From the IMG/VR virus record IMGVR_UViG_3300005805_009082, positions 1 to 32,133 of that record: DNA of 32,133 nucleotides; one strand, 5' to 3'. Origin of the DNA: a virus. Taxonomy: Duplodnaviria; Caudoviricetes. Of this stretch, positions 25,923 to 32,133 are shown piece after piece. Below the pieces are notes generated by a model that was given only the letters and a program-made list of their open reading frames with translations, did not search any database and was not told the origin of the DNA. Made by a program: the position numbers and the translations under genes. Position 1 is the first letter of the stretch. Every line of letters starts with the position of its first letter.

Positions 25923-27443
25923 ATGCCTGGATTTAATTCATTAAATAGAAGTTTAGTTAACGGTGCCGGTGGATCTTTATCAATTAACCCCTTTGGTTCA
26001 CTTAACTCAGCCGAACAGATCGCGACGGCCCAGGCGACCTTTGTCTATGGTGTAAACACGACGCAATGGACGACTTCGTCAATCGGCACCGGAGCGGCGG
26101 TGACTGTCGATAGTGGCATCGTAACTTGCTCCTCAGGTATCTCTACTAGCGGTTCTGCGGGTGTTCGTCTGCGCCGCGGTGTGAAGTACCGTGCTGGTCA
26201 AGGAGTAATCGGTAAAATCACTGCAATATTTGACCCTGGCGTCGCTGGTTCGACCCAAGTTGCTGGTTTCGGTAACCCAGAGTGCGGTTATTATTTCGCT
26301 CGCCCTGGAACGAACTTTGGAATCTTACACGTCGACACTGCGAAGAGAGAGGTAAGAAAACTCACAATTTCTGCCGCGGGTGGAACAGAGAACGTGACGA
26401 TAACCTTGGACGGTGTCTCAAAAACTTTTGCAATCATAGGCGGATCGAACGTCAATCAAACATCATTCCTGATAGGAGAGCAAGACTACAGTCAGCTAGG
26501 ATATGGTTGGGACGCTGAATCTATCGACGGCGAGATCTACTTCATTTCATTACGAGCAAGGTCCCTAACTGGTTCTTATGGAATTACAACTTCAGGAACA
26601 GCATCAGGGTCTTTCTCTATTGTGCAATCAGGAGTAATTCCAAATCAAACGTTCATCACACAATCGCAATGGAATATTGACAAGCTAGACGGTACCGGTG
26701 CTTCTAGAATAACTTTGGATCCGACAAAAGGAAATATCTACAGCGTTGGATACCAGTATCTTGGTTTTGGTAATGCTGTATTTTCCGTGGAAGATCCCAA
26801 CAAGGGAATCTTAGTACCAGTGCATCAGATCGAGAACGCAAATTCAAGAAACTCTATTGTATTACGAAACCCACATACTTTCGCGCGATGGAGCGCGACC
26901 AATGCGGGATCTTCGACCAGCGTTTCAATTAAAGGAGCTTCTGCTGCGACATTCGTAGAAGGAGTTGTTAATCGAAACATCGGTCCTTGCTTTGCGACAG
27001 GTAGTATAAAGACTGGTGTGACCACAAGTATTGTTCCACTTCTCTCGATTAGAGCTAACCAGGTTTTCAAAGATCAGACATGTTACGTGGAACTTGATCC
27101 ATACAACATTTCTGTTGGCGCTGACTTCACCAACGCATCGAACACTAACTTGTTGAACGTATATGTTTACCGAAATGCGTTGTTGTCAGGACCTGTCAAC
27201 TTCGCCTATGTAAATTCAGAACTCTCTGCTTGCGCTGCAGATTTGTCAGCGACTGGTGTGACGTTCGGCCCCTTGACGCAACTTGTGAAATCGTTCACGG
27301 TCGCAGCGAACAGTTCAGAGACTCTATCGATACTCGCCGGCGAGTTTTACATAGGTCCTAGAGAAACTTTGACGGTTGCGGGACGAACCACCGGAAACAC
27401 CGCGACGGTCACAGCCAATCTATCGTGGTACGAAGACCAATAA
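25923..27443 (+). CDS. Beta-rich putative virion structural protein (506 aa)
   Basis: S/T/G-rich, with YRAGQG and QSQWNIDKLDGTG..TLDPTKGNIYSVGYQYLGFG; TACTTA upstream. Confidence 0.7.
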   Translation: MPGFNSLNRSLVNGAGGSLSINPFGSLNSAEQIATAQATFVYGVNTTQWTTSSIGTGAAVTVDSGIVTCSSGISTSGSAGVRLRRGVKYRAGQGVIGKITAIFDPGVAGSTQVAGFGNPECGYYFARPGTNFGILHVDTAKREVRKLTISAAGGTENVTITLDGVSKTFAIIGGSNVNQTSFLIGEQDYSQLGYGWDAESIDGEIYFISLRARSLTGSYGITTSGTASGSFSIVQSGVIPNQTFITQSQWNIDKLDGTGASRITLDPTKGNIYSVGYQYLGFGNAVFSVEDPNKGILVPVHQIENANSRNSIVLRNPHTFARWSATNAGSSTSVSIKGASAATFVEGVVNRNIGPCFATGSIKTGVTTSIVPLLSIRANQVFKDQTCYVELDPYNISVGADFTNASNTNLLNVYVYRNALLSGPVNFAYVNSELSACAADLSATGVTFGPLTQLVKSFTVAANSSETLSILAGEFYIGPRETLTVAGRTTGNTATVTANLSWYEDQ

Positions 27444-27466
27444 AAAAGCCTCGTATTACCGAGGCT
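27442..27466 (-). terminator. Rho-independent terminator between convergent genes
   Basis: The minus strand reads AGCCTCG-gtaata-CGAGGCT-TTTTT. Confidence 0.75.
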
Positions 27467-27490
27467 CATTGAATTTGATTTATTGGGATA

Positions 27491-27709
27491 TCAACCTTCG
27501 CCTGAAGTGCCAGGAGGAGCGTTTGGAATGAAGAGCTCCATCTGAGACATTTCTTCACGGATGAGGTTTGCTAAGTCTTCAAGAGTTTTGCCTTCGGACT
27601 CTAAAAACCTGCGGAAAGAGTTCTGAATCGCTGTGTTCACATCGACAACGCGGCAGAGGATCGTGCTTGGATCGGGTCCGTTCTCAGGGGTCATGTTTTC
27701 TTGTGTCAT
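27491..27709 (-). CDS. Hypothetical protein
   Basis: 72-aa ORF ending just before the terminator. Confidence 0.6.
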   Translation of the reverse strand: MTQENMTPENGPDPSTILCRVVDVNTAIQNSFRRFLESEGKTLEDLANLIREEMSQMELFIPNAPPGTSGEG

Positions 27710-27771
27710 TGTTTTACTTTCTGCCCCCTACTGGGGACCATTTCATATCATACAACGCGGCGCGGAGTTGT

Positions 27772-28305
27772 TCACTTATTTTTGTCGAGGGGGGACCAAA
27801 TGATTTTGACATGACCCTTTTCAATTCTTTCAATGAGAGACTCCAACGGGTCGAATGTTGTGTATGAGGGAAATTCTGCATGGATAGAAAACACGCTTCC
27901 TGTATCCGTAACGTTCGTTACGATGCTGGGTTTTTCTTCTCCAGCTGCTTTGTCCAAAAGAACCATACCTGGAATGATTTTTATGTCAGCCTTGGTTTTC
28001 TTTTTCATTTTTTTCTCAATGTATTTGATTGGCGGGTTTTCCGACCACTCTCTTTTTTTTTTCAAAAGAGGTTCTGTTGCGACTGTGTACATTAAAACGT
28101 ATTTGACACCATCTGAATGAATTTTTTCGATGCCTTTTTCCGCAGAGGCATCGCTAGCATATGCAGTCGCTTGAAGTGGATTATCTACCCAAGTATTTGA
28201 ATCTGCGTCCCACCAAGAAACGATTTGTTCTTCATCTTCATGTTGGATGAGATGTGGGATGTTTTCCTTCTTAGTGTTCTTCTTTTTAATCTTCTTTTTT
28301 GGCAT
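27772..28305 (-). CDS. Hypothetical Lys-rich protein
   Basis: 177 aa; TACTTA 12 nt upstream. Confidence 0.65.
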   Translation of the reverse strand: MPKKKIKKKNTKKENIPHLIQHEDEEQIVSWWDADSNTWVDNPLQATAYASDASAEKGIEKIHSDGVKYVLMYTVATEPLLKKKREWSENPPIKYIEKKMKKKTKADIKIIPGMVLLDKAAGEEKPSIVTNVTDTGSVFSIHAEFPSYTTFDPLESLIERIEKGHVKIIWSPLDKNK

Positions 28306-28332
28306 GTGGATTTTATGTAAGTATTTTAGAGA

Positions 28333-28548
28333 TTATTCTATATCGTGTTCTTCAACTTTGACGAACAGCGTTTCGCCATTCGTCCAGCGATTCTTGAGAT
28401 TGTTATCTTTAATCCACGCGGCCCCCCACACATAAGTGGGGTGTCTTAAACATCGTCCGACAGCTGCTTCTTCTGAAGAAAATACTCCTAGAATTTTAGT
28501 TCCTTGGGTATAACTTGTTCCTTGTAAGGCTAAATAGACTTTGCTCAT
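28333..28548 (-). CDS. Small phage hypothetical protein
   Basis: The MSKVYL...ILGVFSSEEAA...VEEHDIE pattern is typical of small phage proteins. Confidence 0.65.
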   Translation of the reverse strand: MSKVYLALQGTSYTQGTKILGVFSSEEAAVGRCLRHPTYVWGAAWIKDNNLKNRWTNGETLFVKVEEHDIE

Positions 28549-28560
28549 GTCAGCATTTTA

Positions 28561-28758
28561 TTAAGTGTCTGAGTAGTTTTTCAAAGAAACTTTTCTCAAT
28601 AATGCTTGAGGAACTGTTGTGACTTGTCCATCCGTACGGAGGATTCTAACTGTGCTCTGAGACTCGTGGCCGATTACTATAGCCTGGCGAGGTTCCAAGT
28701 CAAACTCTTCGTCTTTTGGGACAAAGCTGTAATCGACCACGAGGTCTCCGATATCCAT
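28561..28758 (-). CDS. Small SH3/KOW-like 'GDLV' family protein
   Basis: MDIGDLVV...AIVIG...VRILRTDGQV. Confidence 0.65.
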   Translation of the reverse strand: MDIGDLVVDYSFVPKDEEFDLEPRQAIVIGHESQSTVRILRTDGQVTTVPQALLRKVSLKNYSDT

Positions 28759-28761
28759 GGG

Positions 28762-30144
28762 TCACTTGTTCGCGTTGATGTTACCTTGGATAGACCAAGC
28801 GAAGTCGAGCTGCACATCGTTCTTGAAAGCTGGGTTCTTCATGTCGATGTACTGGTTCGTCGAATAGCCGAGGTTACCCGTCATCGTTGCGAGAGCATGG
28901 CATGAAGCGCAGTTCGTCTGCACACCGTATTGGAAGTCAGGTTGCCATGTGTTCTTGTATTGGAACACATTTGGACCGAATCCCGCTTCGAGATATGGGT
29001 TATAGCAGATGATTGGTTCTGCATCCTTATCGGTGCCACCGGTGATTGGTTGGTTTGGATAGACCATTGCATAGCAAGGAGAAACAGCGTAATGAGCTGC
29101 AGCTGGTGACAATGTCGATGGACGAAGCTTCGCATAGGTTGGTGAGCTTGGGTCGCCTGGATAATCAGGTTGCGGAACCCAGAAGTATGTCTGCCATGTC
29201 CAGTTTGGAATCTCTTTTGTTGTTACGTGCATCGCGACGAGGAGCGCAACATCGCCTGCGCTGAATTGATGGTCAGCGGGAGTTCCGTTGTCTTGTTTGC
29301 TATTCAAGTAAGCTGCTTCATCAGCATCGAGCTTGAAATAAATGAAGTTGTTGGCGTTGCACGTCGCCGCGACGAGTTGTTCAGGCGTTGGGTTATCAAC
29401 AGTGACGGGAACAAGCTTCTTGTCCGGGTCTTGTTTGTTGTCAAGGTCGACATAGACCCAGTTATTCCAGAGCTTATTACCAAAGACTTTTGCTGGAACT
29501 GGGGTTGTTGTCCAGGCCGGTAGACGAACGAGTCCGGTGTTAGACTTGGTCACGTAGTAAGTTGGTTTTGTTGTGATTGACGTGACTGGGAATTCTGGAA
29601 TCTTGCCAATGTCATCTTTGACCATGTACTTGTTGAGGGTCGATTGGTTGAAGATGAGATTTTGTGATGCAAAGCAAGATGAAGCTGGGCTGTATGACAC
29701 GGTCTCAACTATGACGTAATCATCATTAATTGGATTCTCTGCCTGAAGACCAGCATGACCAAATTGCTTTGGTCTGTTGAGCTTTGCACGATTGACCTTA
29801 ACATTGCATCCGGCGTTTTTATCACCGTTGCCGACGGCCGCCGAGAGTTCTCCTACACCGTGCCATGTGTCATAGACAGGAAGTTTTTGTCCGTTGTAAG
29901 ACTGACCGGAATCCTTCGTTAGACCTGCCCAGATACCCCACGCATGCTTCGCGATGCTGACGTTGTCTTCTGAGTTCAACCATGTGTAGATGGTATTTGG
30001 GTCTTCTGGGAACTTGAATCCGTCGACACCGGTGTCTGAAGGAAACTCGACTGGTGTGATTTGTGTGGTCTGTGGTTTTTTGTCTTTCTTGCAAGATGTC
30101 GTCATGAGAGCGAGGAACATCATTGCCAAAATCTTCTTGTTCAT
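28762..30144 (-). CDS. Lipoprotein with a C-terminal CxxCH (putative c-type cytochrome)
   Basis: Signal peptide MNKKILAMMFLALMTTS-C (lipobox-like), NCASCHALA near the C-terminus and a GGAG SD. Confidence 0.75.
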   Translation of the reverse strand: MNKKILAMMFLALMTTSCKKDKKPQTTQITPVEFPSDTGVDGFKFPEDPNTIYTWLNSEDNVSIAKHAWGIWAGLTKDSGQSYNGQKLPVYDTWHGVGELSAAVGNGDKNAGCNVKVNRAKLNRPKQFGHAGLQAENPINDDYVIVETVSYSPASSCFASQNLIFNQSTLNKYMVKDDIGKIPEFPVTSITTKPTYYVTKSNTGLVRLPAWTTTPVPAKVFGNKLWNNWVYVDLDNKQDPDKKLVPVTVDNPTPEQLVAATCNANNFIYFKLDADEAAYLNSKQDNGTPADHQFSAGDVALLVAMHVTTKEIPNWTWQTYFWVPQPDYPGDPSSPTYAKLRPSTLSPAAAHYAVSPCYAMVYPNQPITGGTDKDAEPIICYNPYLEAGFGPNVFQYKNTWQPDFQYGVQTNCASCHALATMTGNLGYSTNQYIDMKNPAFKNDVQLDFAWSIQGNINANK

Positions 30145-30219
30145 GTTGTCTCCGTTTCGTAGAGTCTAACAATTATACTTTTAGAGACGAAAAGAGAAAA
30201 TTTCGTCACCCCGCGGGGA

Positions 30220-30504
30220 TCAGAATGGAATTTCACTAACGATTCTCATCCACTTGAATGGGACCCACCCAAACCCGCTCGGCAACATGACACGTGCGAC
30301 CCCAAGGGAATAGAAAGAATCAGGAGTGGTTATCGTCTCCAAGACGAGTCCCATCTCATCACGATAGAACCTGACGTCCTGTGTGAAGATGTCGTTGACG
30401 TCCGGAGGACGGAAGTACGTCAGGATGAAATCGCTCTCAAAGTTACTCGTGACGAGGTCGCCCGGGTAGATGATTACATTACCTGGTGTCGTCGGGTATA
30501 CCAT
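30220..30504 (-). CDS. Small SH3/KOW-like 'GDLV' family protein
   Basis: IYPGDLV...MGLVLE...ARVMLPSGFGWV. Confidence 0.65.
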   Translation of the reverse strand: MVYPTTPGNVIIYPGDLVTSNFESDFILTYFRPPDVNDIFTQDVRFYRDEMGLVLETITTPDSFYSLGVARVMLPSGFGWVPFKWMRIVSEIPF

Positions 30505-30698
30505 TACTTCTCGACCTTCACCATGACGTGGTCCATGACTTTGACGACACGGGACGTTCCAGTGATGAGGACATCGTATACCTTGGTGACCTCGTCGAAG
30601 GCGACGATGATTCCGGTCTCGTTGATGAGTGACTTCTTCTCCATCATGAAACTGTAGGGGTCCTCGATGAACCTGATTAAATCCCCGACATGGTGCAA
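30504..30698 (-). CDS. Small SH3/KOW-like 'GDLI' family protein
   Basis: VGDLIRF...ETGIIV...YDVLI; TAATG overlap with the next gene. Confidence 0.6.
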   Translation of the reverse strand: MHHVGDLIRFIEDPYSFMMEKKSLINETGIIVAFDEVTKVYDVLITGTSRVVKVMDHVMVKVEK

Positions 30699-30818
30699 AT
30701 CTTTACCCTCGACCCTCTAGATTATATATCGTCGTCACCGAGGAACGGGTTTTTGCGGTCGGGGCGGTATAATTCGACGACGATAAATTACTTATGTCCG
30801 ATTCGGGAGAAAAAACAC

Positions 30819-31604
30819 ATGGCACTACTTCGTAAGGGTTCTAAAGGCGCTGATGTCGAGAAATGGCAAACATTCCTCCGCGGTTTGACGACAGAGAGCA
30901 AGGTCATTGTCAGCGGGGTTTTTGATGACGTGACCGAGCTGGAAACGAAAGCGTTTCAAAAAGCAAAGGGTCTTGATGTCGATGGCATCGTTGGACCAAA
31001 GAGCCTAGCACTTACGACGCAAGTGAAATTGCCAAGTGGAGAAGTTGTTGATGCCGCGGCGGCAGGAGGAAACTGGCCACCGAAACCAGGGCACGGACCT
31101 TTGTCATTAGCTGAACGTCAAAACGTGTTCGGTAAGTTTGCTTTCGTAGCGGCGCCAACAGCGAGCAATCCAGAAGCAATCAACATCACAGATGGTTGGG
31201 GTAACAATAATATCGTTACTGTAACAATACCTCAGCTCGTTGGAGTTTCGGGTGCTTCGAAGACAGGTGGGGTTCAACTTCACAAATCAATTGCGCCACA
31301 AGTTGTGAAGATGTTCCAGGCCTGGGAAGATGCGGGTCACAAAGGACTTATTCTTTCGTGGGGCGGTTCTTGGGTGCCACGTTTTATCCGAGGCTCAAGA
31401 ACATCTCTTTCTAACCACTCATGGGGAACTGCATTCGATATGAACATGCAATGGAATGGTCTTGGAGTTGTTCCTGCGCTCAAGGGTACAAAGGGTTCTG
31501 TTCGCGAACTCGTTGAGATTGCGTACGCTCATGGAATGTATTGGGGTGGATGGTTCCCATCTCGTGCTGACGGTATGCACTTTGAGGCCTACAAGGTTCT
31601 CTGA
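30819..31604 (+). CDS. Endolysin-like protein: peptidoglycan-binding domain plus M15 family Zn peptidase
   Basis: LLRKGSKGADVEKWQ...FQKAKGLDVDGIVGPKS (PG_binding_1-like) and SWVPRFIRG..LSNHSWGTAFD...WGG...DGMHFE. The likely start is the ATG at 30819, with a GGGAG SD. Confidence 0.88.
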   Translation: MALLRKGSKGADVEKWQTFLRGLTTESKVIVSGVFDDVTELETKAFQKAKGLDVDGIVGPKSLALTTQVKLPSGEVVDAAAAGGNWPPKPGHGPLSLAERQNVFGKFAFVAAPTASNPEAINITDGWGNNNIVTVTIPQLVGVSGASKTGGVQLHKSIAPQVVKMFQAWEDAGHKGLILSWGGSWVPRFIRGSRTSLSNHSWGTAFDMNMQWNGLGVVPALKGTKGSVRELVEIAYAHGMYWGGWFPSRADGMHFEAYKVL

Positions 31605-31622
31605 GGGTTATACTTAAATCCG

Positions 31623-32133
31623 ATGGATACTTTAGTGGCAAAAATTAGAGAAATCATTCTCGAGGAACTTCGTGCCCTCAGCGAGGATGAAAAGAAGAGC
31701 AAGGTCAACCCTATCTATCTAAAAGGTTCTCCTGAAAAGAAAAAGAGAGAAAAAGAGATAAGAGCTCGGGCGAAGAAGGACACAGATGACCCTTCTGCTT
31801 ATCGACCTTTTGCCACAGATAAAGACCCAAAGACGGGAGAGACAATAAAAACCCAACCGTCTAAGTGGAACAAGAAATTTGAAAAAATGTTCGGCGAAGG
31901 AGCTGAGGACTTCGAGCTTGACTCATTAAGAGAGTTCATATCTGAAGTTCTTCTACACGAAAAAGGTGACAAGGTCACCAAAGCTTTGAAGAACAAAGCA
32001 GAAAAATCTGGTGCACCGATGAGTGCTCTACGTGCCATCTACAATAAGGGCCTGGCGGCTTGGAGAACAGGACATAGACCTGGCGCTTCTCAGCACGCAT
32101 GGGCGATGGCTAGAGTCAATAGCGTTCTTGCAG
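31623..32133 (+). CDS. Viral protein with a DUF5824-like domain, 3' truncated (not in the ORF track)
   Basis: MDTLVAKIREIILEEL...LKNKAEKSGAPMSALRAIYNKGLAAWRTGHRPGASQHAWAMARVNSVL, open to the end of the window; TACTTA 6 nt upstream. Confidence 0.75.
   Translation, partial: MDTLVAKIREIILEELRALSEDEKKSKVNPIYLKGSPEKKKREKEIRARAKKDTDDPSAYRPFATDKDPKTGETIKTQPSKWNKKFEKMFGEGAEDFELDSLREFISEVLLHEKGDKVTKALKNKAEKSGAPMSALRAIYNKGLAAWRTGHRPGASQHAWAMARVNSVLA

Noticed and set aside
27715-27747. Mini-ORF MKWSPVGGRK just after a TATGAT -10-like element on the minus strand
   Set aside because: It is too short to distinguish from chance, and no attenuator structure supports it.
1-32133. Eukaryotic giant virus origin, given the MBD4-, NEIL2- and DUF5824-like genes
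   Set aside because: A peptidoglycan hydrolase, bacterial IF-1, TilS, GroEL, a lipoprotein signal, SD sequences and intrinsic terminators all point to a bacteriophage.
1-32133. Stop-codon recoding as seen in some huge phages
   Set aside because: Conserved genes are uninterrupted in code 11, and TAA, TGA and TAG all end plausible genes with tight packing.

Overview
This window looks like a fragment of a large (jumbo/huge) tailed bacteriophage genome using the standard code: dense gene packing, bacterial-type promoters and terminators, and an M15 endolysin. The left half (about 1-16.8 kb) is a cluster of Gly/Ser/Thr-rich fibre/adhesin genes of 1971, 301, 669 and 1338 aa. They are built from a shared kit of repeated modules, and two are followed by small tip-like proteins (discoidin-like and glycine-rich). 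The right half is a mostly minus-strand accessory region. It holds IF-1, a GroEL-like chaperonin, UvsE, an Fpg/Nei glycosylase with a NEIL2-type CHCC finger, a minimal TilS, a NUMOD3/PD-(D/E)XK endonuclease, a CxxCH lipoprotein and many small 'GDLV' SH3/KOW-like proteins. The most striking element is an 84-nt tRNA with a CAU anticodon on a class II, tRNA-Leu-type body, lying about 0.9 kb from the minimal TilS, which suggests an unusual phage AUA-decoding system. Two recurring upstream motifs (TANTTA and GTGTAAW-N17-TAnnnT) appear to mark two promoter classes. All family assignments come from motif recognition by eye; no database searches were run.
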